This document shows, one piece after another, positions 1-12,800 of a stretch of 64,000 nucleotides of DNA. Below the pieces are notes generated by a model. That model was not told the origin of the DNA. It searched no databases and saw nothing but the letters and a program-made list of their open reading frames with translations. Location: NCBI GenBank assembly GCA_001687465.1, contig LVLI01000165.1:1-64000 (forward strand), read 5' to 3'. The DNA is from Halocafeteria seosinensis (taxonomy: Eukaryota). Both the position numbers and the translations under genes were made by a program. Numbering within the stretch: position 1 is the stretch's first letter; each line of letters starts with the position of its first letter.

Positions 1-499
1 CAATGAATCTGTTAACAAAGCGGGACTGCCGGAAGCCGTTCGATGCTATGCTGGTCAGGTACCGTACGAGGCGAATCGAGATTACCGTCGCCATGACTTT
101 CTTTGACCTAGTTCCATGTAGCACATTAGGGCGTTGTGAGTCTCCACTAAAGGACTGCGAGTGCGAATAGGAAGTCATGGAGCGTTGGTGACTCCTAAAC
201 TGTTGATTATAGTGGCGAAAGGGAGCTAGCTGTAACCGGATTGTGTAAAATTTGGGTATACATACAGGCTGTTTACTTTTTTGGGGTCACGATCTCACTA
301 TACTCGAGGTTAAAGCGGGCACTGGTGCGGCAGAACAGACGAGTTGCTATTGGAGTAACTTGCGAAGATCCCGGGCGTTGCTACTTAAATAGCTTAAGTT
401 TTGTTAGCAAATGGCCTGCAGTTTCTATCCCATATCCAACCAATTTGTCCACACTCCGTGTTACAATATACACATCTGATTATTGATAGTCAAACTGTA

Positions 500-1759
500 T
501 CAGACAGATGGATTTACTTCTGTGGCAGGTAGTTTCCAGAGTTCGTAGCCGTAGTAAGTTCCGATGGCGGAAGCGACAATAAGAAGAAGGGCAAAGATAA
601 ATAAACTGAACGACAAAACCTGCAGTTCAAAGTCCACGAAATTTATAGAGTGGGAGAGTTTCCATGCAAGTCAAGGACGAGACCAACCTCCAACAGTGAT
701 GCCACCCTCAGGACCAGTTCCTTGGGCGAAAACAGCAATCAATGTTATCAGTCCGGCCACCGCTAGAATGCACAATAGACCGTTCACAAACCAATGCTGC
801 GAAACATATTCGAACAGAGAAGTCTAAAGAATTCATATTCGAGTGCTATGCTGGCTTCTTACCGTTGCGAGTATGCACCTTACTCTGCAAAAAGCTCCAC
901 CGATTCCGGTGCTGCACATGATACACGACAACTGAAGAGTTACTCGCTTAGCTCTGCAACAATTGTTTCTCATATTTCCTTACACTAAACTCAGTAGTCC
1001 CAGAACATATGATCCAGCAAGAAATCCTGCCGAACCTATCACTGCAGCTGTACTTCCGGCAGCAACAGCGAACAGAAAAGTAACAAACACCAAGCACCTA
1101 AGTACTCTCATGCGTTTCTTTGCCTCCTCATCTTGTTGACTGTACCGGTTTCCACAATCCGCTTTCAAGACAATTCCCAAATTGATAACATAGAAGCCAT
1201 ACACTCACCTTTGCTGATTTGGAGCTTGCTGTTGTGGCCGACTTACTGGCGCAGCAACAGGAATTCCAACGGAGACTGGTTCAACTGTAGCGACTCCCTG
1301 TGGTGGGTGCGGCATCTGCCCCGGTGCTTGTTGTTGAGAGTAATATTGTGGTTGCTGGAATTGGAGTTGCTGCTGCTGTGGTGATTGTGCTTGTTGCTGA
1401 GAGTAAAACGGCGATTGCTGCGGCTGGGGCGGTTGTTGTTGAGAGAAATATTGTGGTTGCTGGAATTGGGGATGCTGCTGCTGTGGCGGTAGTGGTGCAT
1501 TTGGATCACCGTATATTTCAGGCATACCGGGAGCTGAGGGTTGTGGATGGTGACTGCTTCCCAGAGCCGTTGAACTAATGGACGGCGGTTTATCCTGACG
1601 AAGTTCGTATTGTCCCGGATAGCCACTGCCGTGTTCCCATCCTTCCGGAGGAGTCTCTACTGTGCGCGATCCATGCCAACGCACATTTTCATCCATCTCA
1701 TCTGCGCTCACGTACGGAGGAGGCTCCTCGTCAACATGTACGCCAGTGCTCTTGGACAT
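500..1759 (-). CDS. Four-TM membrane protein with a Pro/Gln-rich N-terminal tail carrying a PPxY motif (5 exons)
   Basis: ATG at 1759. EEPPPYV is followed by QQP/YSQQQ repeats. GT-AG introns lie at 1140-1208, 912-983, ~797-862 and ~620-690. The spliced product has four hydrophobic segments (CLVFVTFLFAVAAG, FLAGSYVLGLLSLV, FVNGLLCILAVAGLITLIAVF, LFIFALLLIVASAIG), then TGA at 500-502. The donor and phase of the last intron are ambiguous. Confidence 0.7.
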
Positions 1760-2870
1760 ACTGTAGCTGTGCGTTGCGGTGTGGGTAATGCAAATACGAA
1801 AGAGCGTCCTAGCACAAACGCAAGACAGGATTGTGTATATCGTCTACATTGAGTGTGCTCATTTTACTCCTGTCGATCCAAATTATTGAATTTAGGAGGC
1901 AGAAAGAAACCACTTGCGTCAATCGACAGCGTGTTCTGCGGCCCACCTGCGGGTGACATAATCCAATGTGAAGCTCGATAGCGGCAAAGTTATGCCCTGC
2001 ATCAATACGATCCGGATCATCCTCGTTCAGCACCAGTAGAGCAAGGGCATTCGGGCTGCTACAGCTGTTACGCTTGCGTACATCACTGTATTAGCGTAGT
2101 ACACTGGTGCGGGATACCGCCGTTGTATTGGTAGTAGCTGTACAGTGTAGTTTAGTACGGGGAATTCTGGGTCGTCTTCCATCAGAGTCTGATGATTAGA
2201 CCTCAACTCACTCCTCCCGAGTTGCTGGTGGCTACGATATATGCGTAGTGGGATATTCAGTTTTTCTTCCTGCGGGCAGATAAATTTTCTAACATGAAAT
2301 ATATCTAGCACAAACTCCCCCTTACGATTTCGGTGTATACGGTAATGTTCGTCATATGTGAAATTGAGGGTCGGTATCCATCCGGTGTACATGTGTAGAG
2401 TGGTCGATTTTCGGCGATCAGGTAGCAATTGGGGGCAGGTGCCAGGGATGGTCGTTTAGACAGAAATCTTTGGCAGTCTCCCGGGTTCGAGAGCAGTCCT
2501 CAAATTTCGTACCGTTAGGGCTAATGATTTACCGGTACAAATATTATTGCCATGATTTCCAAGAAGAGCGTTCACTCTTCACATGGCGTAGCATACCCTG
2601 TAGCCTATACATCTTCCGGTAGCAGCAATACTACCTGGTAATACATGTAATATACACAGGGAGCGAAGGTCCGCCTGAGGGGTAAGCCCCGTTTCACTGA
2701 GACGTGTATCCCAGTTCGATAGTCTTACATATATACAGGCTGCTTGGTCTGAAATTGGACGGCAATCAAGACGAAACTGAAAGGCAGAAAAGGATTACTA
2801 AGAACCAAAGAAGAACCAACCATTTCCTTCCGACAAAGCACAGCAGAGCAACGGCCCAACGCCCAGGTAG

Positions 2871-3245
2871 TTGCTTTACTCTGGTGATACTCCAGAAACT
2901 ATCTCAATTGGCAGAATATCCTCTAACAGTGAGGATAAACTGTTGTCGGTACGCCCGGACGCGGTTGCGTCTGGGCTGAACGGGCCTGGACCCCAAACAT
3001 GTGTGACGTCCAAGCTGGCGCTGCATGCATCATGGCAGTGGTGGTGTCTTAGTACGTTCCATCAGCAAGCGAAGGTGCTTTCGATCGGCTTCTATCGCTT
3101 CTGGGAAGTTCTTCCGGTGGTTGTTGAAGATTCCGCTGAAAGAAAGCGACACGCTGAGTCATCCTTGCGCACTTATCGAGGCGCCGACTCATGCACCGAA
3201 TTTGGTTGTGCCCTACAGCGGATACTCATTTCGCACACAGTGTGA
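2871..3245 (+). pseudogene. Possible degenerate restriction-like endonuclease end of a CRE/R2-type non-LTR retrotransposon
   Basis: The translation has RPD..., LPVVVE..., HA..LR and ...CALQR in the order typical of RLE C-termini. The expected DV after RPD appears only with a frameshift (tgt gac gtc). No RT domain is visible. Confidence 0.3.
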
Positions 3246-3838
3246 ATAAAATAGATCAAGAGCAGCCTCAATCTTAGTAACACTGATGAACCGTGCGGCA
3301 TAGCCAGCGCCCGCCGTCCGCTGGTGACTGCGACCCGCCGGGTGCCAGAGGGATGTTCTGAAGGGACGACACAAGGGAGAGTGACCATGCCACTGAATAG
3401 GTCAAGGCTTGACCGTCAAGCGATGGGGAAGCCCCGGGGATACGGCATCGCAATTGGTGATTTGTTATGTTTTGTGCCAATGAAATGCGCTATTTCCATG
3501 TATGCATCTCAGCAACGTCGATTCTTCCTTCTTTGTTTTGTATGACGCCTGGGATCAGATACAGGTTATCGATCCCCTTTGCGGGGGCTTAGCTACGTGT
3601 TCAGCGAGTGTTCGCTAACGCTTCTATCGGGGGATAGCGTGCTTACGTGTGCTCTCTACGCGGTGTTATCCGTATCAGAGGGGGCACCATCACATGGACG
3701 AAAGGAATACATCTAGCTCCTGAGAGGATAAAGACGCTGGAATTTCCAAGAAAAGAGGTTACCACTTTTGCGGTCGCAGCCGAAGGGTGCCGGACTTGGA
3801 TCCGCGAACCCGAAGCCGGATACTCGGTCAAAGAAAAG

Positions 3839-6800
3839 ATGAACCATTATCTCATCTTTCTTTCGTCGGTTTTAGCACTGCTCTCAGTAGCCTTTCCTAG
3901 AGGGCATGCGAAAGCGGAGGAAGTCACAGAATGCAATGTGGTGAATCAAACATTAGTGATTCTACCGGAGGAGAGTTGCAAACTCAACGTGTCGGCCATT
4001 CCTTACCTGGATGATTTGACCGTTGACGGGATGTTGACTCTCTCCGGAAATGAGACAGATACTTTGACTGTTGGCCAAATGAAATTAACGGGGGTGTTGG
4101 AGAACAGTGGTAAGTGACACTGGATCTAACTATCAATCTTCTATCGAATCAACAGAGTAATTCATCTGGTTCGCAGACATGATGAATCCTAGGTCGCTTA
4201 AAACCACGGGCATTGAAATCAGATTACTATCGTGGTATCAGGAATGCAACGTCACAACCATGGAACGTGAAAGAATGAAAGTGAATGGAGATGTGTCGGG
4301 AGAGTTCGATCTGAAAATATTCGGAAGCACTTCCTTATCGGTGGCGGAACGCACACTCATCCGTGGAAACTCCATAGAGGCTTCCGCTACAAGCCAAGTA
4401 AACCTTAGGACCTCGGTGTCAATTACGTTACAGGGAATGTTTGAGTTGATTGAAAACAGTCTACTTGATATTTCTGGAACTGCCTCTATTGAAGCTCTTG
4501 ACTTCGTCCTTGGCGCAACAGCGGCGGTGTACGGAGTTGGGAGCGGATACGCTCCATGCCAGGGCCCAGGAAGCCCTATGCGTGTTAACGCTACCGACAG
4601 GAACAACATGGGCGGATCTCATGCCGGCATCGGAAGCGCAGCTGGTGTTGATCCAGTTGCTGGTCAGAAAATAACTTATGGAAGTTTTGCCTTCCCTTCT
4701 GTCCCTGGAAGTGGAGGATGTCCAACAGCAATGGGTGGCTCCGGCGGAGCAAGCTTACAGGTGAACGTATCGGGTCTTAGTGAAATCGACGGAGAGATTA
4801 ATCTGAGTGGTGACGATGCCAGCAGTAGTGGAGGTGGCGGTGGTTCCGGAGGAAGTTTCCTTCTTCAAACTGGTGTATTACAGTCGCTTCTCGGAACAGT
4901 AAAAACAAATGGTGGCAATGCTGGTAAATACGGGTTCCATGGAGGTGGAGGTGGACGTATTGCCGTTTTATGCAAAAACAGCCCTCCCAGCGGAAGCAGA
5001 AACCAACGCTTTTCCAATATTGAGTCGGTTGGAGGAGTTGTGGAAGCCAATTCTAAGAGGTCGGCCCCTGGTACCATTTATATAGACTGTGGACCCGTGC
5101 ATTCAGAGGAACTTACCGTGGACAACGCTGTTGCTGAGGAAACAGTGGTTCAGCAGGGCGACACATTCATTGATGCAGATGATAGCAAGTTCCTCATGAT
5201 TAAGCGGCTTCGCCTTGTACGTGGTGGCAGGCTGAGGATCAGCAGGGTGGACCAAGCCCCGAGCAACAACAAAAACCATACTGTGTTCATCTCTCACTTG
5301 GAGGGAGATCCATCTGGCCTTCTGTTTGTTGATAGGTCGCAGAGAGTAATTATTTCGAACTCCTCAGAAGCAACTCCGGTGACAGAGCAAGACAATGAAG
5401 TCGGTCTTGTTCTAGGTGTAGGCTTGAGTGTATCGCCAAAGAGCACGCTTGAGGTTAAACCAGAGCAGCACATCCTCGTAAGCAGGGCAGAAATTGACAT
5501 TCGTGGGCGTGCGGAAGGTTTCAAGAGCTTGAGTCTTTCATTGGGTGCGAAATTTACTTCATATTCTGTGGAAAAAATGTCTCGCTTCCATTTTGATTAC
5601 CTGGACGTCCAAGATTCCTCTTGCTTCGAGGCTTCTTCCCTGCAGGAGATTCAACTCGGTGGTGACAGAATGCACCTATGGGACGATGCTTCAGTTAAGC
5701 TGTGTAGTGAATATGTTAATGTTGAGTTTGAAGAGGAGGTTAGCATGACTGATAAATCTGCCTTCGAAGTCCAGTATATGGATGGCGCCTCACCTTCAGA
5801 AGGACAAGATGAACTGACCATGGACATCACGTCTGTACTTTTATCTGGAGAGAGTAAAATAGCTCTAAAGAACGCCGAGAATGTATCTATGCATGTTGAT
5901 TCGCTAGAGATCACAGGTAGCTCTGAACTGACTGTCTCCGCCGCTCAAAACATTCATATGCTAGGTAATCGTCTTATCACATTTGACGATGTCGTCGTTG
6001 ATCTCCACGGCGAACACACAGTCTTATCCTTTGCAACTAGCATCAGTTTAAATGGAAGATCTTCTCTGCCACTCAAAGGGTACAACTATATAACGACGGA
6101 TTCCCTGTATACAGGCAAGCATACAAGACTGAATGGCCAAGGCGGAGGTCATGCAGGCTGCGAAGGTCCGGGTAGCGCTCGAACTGCTACAGAACTGGAT
6201 GGGAATGTCGGGGGGTCTCATGGTGGGATAGGGATTTCCGGTAGGGTAGGAAATACTATAAGTCGGGCGTTATCATACGGTGACATCTTCCTTCCGCGAT
6301 GGTTGGGAAGCGGGGGCTGTTCCTATAATCCTGATCATGAAGGAGGCTCAGGCGGGGCATCCCTAGAGCTAGTGGTGAATCGGACAACGGAACTGCACGG
6401 AGAAATTGATCTACGTGGCGGGGATGCAAGTGTCGAGTAAGTCTCGTGTAACACTGTCTGGTGCTATGCAGCGTTATGGCACTTGTTACAATGTTGGTCT
6501 TCCATTGCAGCGCCGGCGGCGGCTCAGGAGGAAGTTTCCTCCTGAGTACGGACCATCTCTGGGCTCTAACTGGACCTGTGAAAGTGAGTGGAGGCCGCGC
6601 AGGTTGCTCGTATTCACAGTGTGGTGGTGGAGGTGGAGGCCGTGCGGCAATCCACTGTGGTTATTATGGTGCGCTGAACTCCAGTAGAGTCGACAACATC
6701 GAAATGAACCCGTTGTTGGTTCAAGCATATGGAGGGTACGATGACGTCCAAAATAAGCGTTCTGGTGCCGGAACGGTATTTATTGACTGTCTGTCAGGCC

Positions 6801-9800
6801 CTATTAATACTCTACTTGTGGACAACGGTGAGCCGCATCATGGTGATGGCTGGCAGGGAGCGACGGTGTTGCCCCAGAGAAGCCATCCCTTGTTCTTCGA
6901 TCGCCTAAGACTCATTAGGTTTGGTCGGTTGCTGTGGGCCGGTAACCAGACTATGTCCGTCACAATGCTTGAAGGAGACTCAACCGGTTACTTACGCGTT
7001 GGATCTCAGCAGGCGCTGTATATGGATGGTGCAGCAGATATAAATATGGATACGGTGGGTACCGACGCTCCAAATATTGTATGGCCTGCAATTAACTCCG
7101 CCTTCAGGGTGGCTGTGGACATCGATGTACCACAACAGGCACGATTGCGTTTACAAGGAGTCGGCTCGTTGCATCTGCTAAACGCGGCAGTGAACATTTA
7201 CGGACGGGTTGAGGGGATCGAATCGGTAAATGCTTCCATGCATTCGTCCATAACGTTCAATGGGCCAGTGAGTGATGAGGCTTCACAGGCAAAGGATGAA
7301 ACTGTGTTGCACTTCGCTAGAATAGAACTTTCAGGCGGCAGCATTGCGACTATACGCGACGCCAGCAGTGTTTCTCTATATGTTGACGCAATTGAGGCAA
7401 ACGATGATTCAGAATTGGTCATATCAAATGCCAACTATATCAATTTGAACGGAACCACGCTTCACATGAACGACGAAGCCGTCCTCCAGCTCGGGAGCAA
7501 ACACAATGATCTCTCGTTCTGCGATAGCATACAACTACACGGAAAAGCTTCCCTCTTGCTCTCTGGGTACACAAGTTTGTCCACCCACAGTCTCCTAACT
7601 GGTGAACAAACAATACTTGACGGGGTTGGTGCAGGGCATAATCCATGTGATGGACCTGGAACTGGAGTGGCGAAATCAGTGGATGGCGTTATGGGAGGGT
7701 CCCATGGCGGAGTTGGAACCCATGCTAGTTTCGGTAGTGATGTTGCTCGATCATTAACACATGGTGATGTTTTCTACCCGCGGAATTTAGGAAGTGGAGG
7801 CTGTGACGGAGACGACGGTGGAAAGGGTGGGGCTGCGCTCGAACTCATTGTGGACGAGACATGTGAGTTGCACGGAAGAATTGATCTACGTGGGGCAAAT
7901 GGACGTAGCAAGTAAGTGTTTTCGGGAGATGAGCATAAATACTGTTCTTCGTTTAATGAATGTGAAAATGTGCCTTCTTGCAGTGGTGGCGGTGGAGCAG
8001 GTGGCAGTTTTTTGTTACGGACAAGTCGCCTAGTTGCACTTGCAAACGACATTCTAGTAAACGGAGGTGAATCAGGGCACTATATCGGTGGCGGAGGTGG
8101 TGGACGTGCGGCCATACATTGCGTCTCATTCGGTGGTGAAAATTCTAGTGAAGCAGAAACGGAAGCGAAAGCAGTTCAACAAGTGAAAGCGCACGGGGGG
8201 TGGGATGAAGACGACAGAACCGAGCGTTCCGGTGCAGGGACTGTGTATTTTGATTGTGGTTCGCATATTTCCAATGTAATTGTAGTTGATAACGGAGAGC
8301 CATTAGATGATCGCGATACGCACTCCTGGAGAGGGGCGACAGTTTTGATGTCTGATACGATTCCGTTGGATTTTGAACTCGTGAGAATAACCCGATATGG
8401 CCGAGTAATGTGGGGAGGTTCTTCTAGGAGCGGCATCAGTAACCACAGTTTGTTTGCTTCAACCCTTGTAGGCGACTCAACTGGTCACTTGGCGATTGAT
8501 GACGACCAAGGACTATACTTGCAAACTTCCAAAAGAAGCCACCCCACTGCTGGTATTGGGAGCGAAAACACTCCAGCTCTATTTGGTAATGTGGCCGTAT
8601 TGGCAGTCGACGTTGAGGTTTCTTCCCGAGGACTCCTTCGTTTAGGACGCAGTGACTCGTTGAGACTGGCCGGGGTCACGGTCGACGTTCATGGACGTCT
8701 GGAAAATATTCAGTCGATCAGTGCCTCGATGGACTCGGCGTTACTTCTACACCCACCGTGGAAATTGGAGGACCCCACGGAGCGGATCAAAGAGATAGCT
8801 CTAAACTTGACACATTTGCATTTGTTTGATGGCAGTAGACTGGAGATACTAGACGCTGCCTCTGTACAACTACATCTGGAAAGCGTGGAACTCTACGGAC
8901 AGTCCGAAATGAATATATTGAACTCCCAGAATATTTCGGTGGAAGGAACCACGATGCAAATGTTCGATCAGACAAAAATGGAGCTTAATGGGTTCAATAC
9001 ATCTCTTTCGTTTCAAAGCAACATTAACCTAAAGGACAAATCGAAAATACTAGTTACTGGATACACATCCGTCTCCTCAGTGCAGCTATTCACTGGTGAA
9101 GGAACGACGCTTGACGGTGCAGGTGGAGGTCATCGTCCATGCGAAGGTCCTGGGAGTGTCGAAACGATAAAAACCTCCGACGGGCACTTTCAGAGCAACA
9201 TCGGGGGATCTCACGGTGGGATTGGAACCAATACTGAGGTTACCGGTGACGTTGCTCGTTCGCTAACGTACGGTGATGTGTTTTATCCACGGTCTTTAGG
9301 AAGCGGGGGTTGCCACTACAACCAGGGTGGGAGTGGTGGAGCTGCCCTGGAACTCATTGTGAACAGTACATGCGAATTACACGGAAGGATTGATCTGAGT
9401 GGGGCAGATGGCTACAGGTAAGTATTTTCTGGGTTTGGTGTGAACAAAATAGACGTTCATGTTAGTTAAGGTCTTCTGTGCTGCAGCGACGGTGGTGGAG
9501 CTGGTGGAAGTCTCCTTCTACAGGCTGATCGAATAGTCGCTCTAACCAACCGCATCTTAGTAAACGGCGGTCGAGTGAACCGCTACGACGGATTTGGTGG
9601 AGGAGGTGGTGGAAGGGTGGCAATACACTGTGTTTCCTTTGGTCCTGAAAATTCTAGTGATACCGACGTTGATGTGCAACATATTGAGGCCTACGGGGGC
9701 TGGGACGAGCACAGAGACGAGCGATCCGGTGCAGGGACTGTGTATGTAGATTGTGGTCTGCCTGGCTCCGATATTCTTATTGTGGAGAACGGTGAAACAT

Positions 9801-12800
9801 CAGTGGACCGTGATACCAGTGAGTGGCGAGGAACCACCGTGTTGGTGTCTGAGAGAAATCCATTGTATGTTGATCGACTTCGAATCGGACGGAATGCTCG
9901 GCTCCAATGGGCAGGTCCCAAAAGCAACACTGGCAATTACAGTTTGTTTGTTTCTATACTCGAAGGTGATTCCACGGGGTATTTGCGCGTGCTTGATAAC
10001 CAGGAGATGCATGTGCAAACCGCTCAGATGAGCAAACGTGATACTGCTAGCGGCCATGGAGATGGATCGTTTGACAATGTTAATGTTCTCTCTGTAAGCA
10101 TTTATATTGCTCCTATTGGTCTCCTTCGGATAAGTGGGAGTGGCTCGTTGAAATTAGTGGGCGTCACGGTCAATGTTCATGGATGGCTGGGAGGTGTTCA
10201 CTCGATTAATGCGTCAATGCAGTCTTCGTTCTTATTACGGCCACATTCGATATTCGAAGATCCTACGGAGCAGTTGGAGGATATCTCCATGAATTTTACC
10301 CGTTTGCAGCTCTTCGATGAGAGTAGAATGGAGCTCTTTGAGTCTACTTTCGTAAGGTTACACACGGATGTTTTAGAAATTCATGGTGACTCTAAATTGG
10401 TGATATCTGATACCCGTCGGATAGTTCTTGAAGGTAATAGCCTAAAAATGTCCGGTGCCTCCAGCATGCAACTCAATGGACGTAGGGCATGTTTGTATTT
10501 TGGAAGTGACGTTGGCCTACAGGATGAGTCCGAACTACGGTTCACTGGTCGTATATTTCTAGAATCTCCTCAACTTTTTACCGGTAAGGAAACAACGTTT
10601 GACGGTGTCGGAGGAGGCCATAGCTCATGCAAAGGGCCTGGAAGTTATTTTCGGCTTCCTGCTCACCGTCACTACATGGGGGGGTCTCATGGCGGCGTTG
10701 GATCGTCTAATGAGGTTAGCGCTGACGTCGCTCGCTCATTGACATACGGGGATGTTTTCTATCCACTTACTCTAGGAAGTGGAGGGTGTGACGAAAGACA
10801 TGGGACCAGTGGAGGCAGTGGTGGGGCTTCATTGGAACTAGTTGTAAACGATACATGTGAGTTACACGGACAGATCGATCTGAGCGGTACCGATGGTGAA
10901 TACCGGTACGTTTCCCCCTTCCATTGGTAAGTACACAGATCCAGAGCTCTCTCCCCCTTCAATACGATACATATATATTCCTTTTGTGTCTGGTTTTGCA
11001 GGGGCGGTGGTGGAGGCGCAGGTGGCAGTTTCCTTTTACAAACCAATCGTCTGGTCTCTTTTACTAGTGAGGTGCTTGTTAGTGGCGGCCGAGCGGCCGA
11101 CCATAATGTTAATGGTGGAGGGGGTGGGAGGATTGCCCTGCATTGTGTTTCATTTGGGGGTGAAAATTCTAGTAAAGCAAACACTGAAGCGCTGAACATT
11201 CAACATGTGAAAGCGTATGGGGGGTGGGATGAAGATAAACACCAACGCTCCGGCGCAGGCACCGTGTATATTGATTGTGGGTCTCACGTCTCTAATACTC
11301 TTATCATTGACAACGGCGAGGCACTAGCCCATCATGATCCGCGTATGTGGCAAGGAACGACAGTCTTTCTCTCCGAAGTGGACCCAGTGTATATTGACAC
11401 CCTCCAAATCACCAATCATGGTAACTTGAGATGGAGCGCAAGTTCTGTTAATGAGACAGCTATTCTTTCTGTAGAACGGTTAGTTGGCGATTCCTCTGGG
11501 CTGCTGAGCATTGGCAACTGGCAACAAACCGAGATACAGGCGGCCTCCGTGATAGAAGCCATGGACGGATGTAGTGGCACAAACAATATACGGGGTAGAG
11601 ATTCATTCGATGTCGGTGTGGACTTAGAGGTGCCCGCAGAAGGCAGAGTAACGGTTCCAAAAAATGAACATCTCTTCCTTTGGGGCGCCAGAGCCCAAAT
11701 ATTTGGCAGCCTCAGTGGAATGAAGAGTCTGGACTTGAAGTGCCGTGCCAAATACACGTTTAAGCCTCCTCTGTTATCTTCTGCTCAGCTTGAATATGAG
11801 CGCATTCAAGTAGAGGACACCTCGGAGCTGGTTTTCTCGGTCTCCGACAGTTTACAGTTAAATTTAACCAGTCTCCTCCTCTGGGACAATGCCAAAGTTG
11901 AATTCGTGTCACGGTATTCGGATGTCAGCGTAAGCGAACGCAGCCGGTTATATAACCACTCCGAACTAATAGTATCCGGTGAAGAGCGATTCTCCACCCA
12001 AAGTCTCTTTATCGACACGGCAGCCAGAATAAATGGTGTTGGTAAAGGATTTGGCCCTTGCTTAGGCCCTGGAAGTGCCGCGAACGGTGGGATGTCTTCG
12101 AGCGGTATTGGGGGCTCTCATGGGGGTATCGGAAGCTCAGAAGAACTTGGTAGAGAGAAAAGCGAATTGCTTACGTATGGAAGTATGTTCTATCCGGTAT
12201 CGGCAGGAAGTGGTGGCTGCAATGATCGCGGTGGGAAGGGTGGAAGTGGGTTGGAGCTCCTGGTATGGGAGGAAGCACAGATCGAAGGTGATATTGACGT
12301 CAGCGGGGGACGCGGGGAAACTGAGCGGTAAGTAAAATATCAAGTCCACAGTAGCCATTTTGTAAGCAGGACATTTTAATTTTCAACGCTTTTGCTTATG
12401 ATCATAAATTTGCAGCTATGGCGGAGGTGCTGGGGGGAGCATTACCATCAACGTGAGCAAGCTCGTCTCTCTCAACGGAATCCTTCGAGCGAATGGTGGG
12501 GATGGGCGAAACTACTATTGTGACGACTGTAATGGAGGTGGTGGAGGTCGAATAGCCGTTCTTTGCAAAATGTTTGAACATCATGAGAACACGTCACATT
12601 CCCCGAAGTTCGATGCCGCCGAAGCGCTAGGTGGCCACGGGTACCGTAATTACCTATCCGGAGCTGGAACTATATACATGTCTTGTGGGGCACAACACTT
12701 TGATAGTGTTTTCATCGATAACGGGGAAACATCAGCTCCTGGTTGGAATGAAGACTTCGGTGCAACTTACTTAGTTTCCAAAACGAGGAAAATTTCAGTC

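Noticed and set aside
1..178. Open minus-strand frame from ATG 178 running off the window (MTSYSHSQSFSGDSQRPNV...)
   Set aside because: It may be the first exon of a neighbouring gene, but it is too short and has no recognisable motif.
2027..2428. 133-aa minus-strand ORF
   Set aside because: Non-ATG start, no motif and no splice support.
2629..2715. ATACTACCTGG resembling the U1 snRNA 5' end, and nearby hairpins resembling a hammerhead
   Set aside because: It lacks one T of ATACTTACCTG, the U1-70K/U1A loops and the Sm site. There is no CUGANGA...GAAA core on either strand.
3283..3361. TGATGA...CTGA as a C/D box snoRNA
   Set aside because: No terminal stem and no recognisable rRNA guide. 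These short boxes occur by chance.
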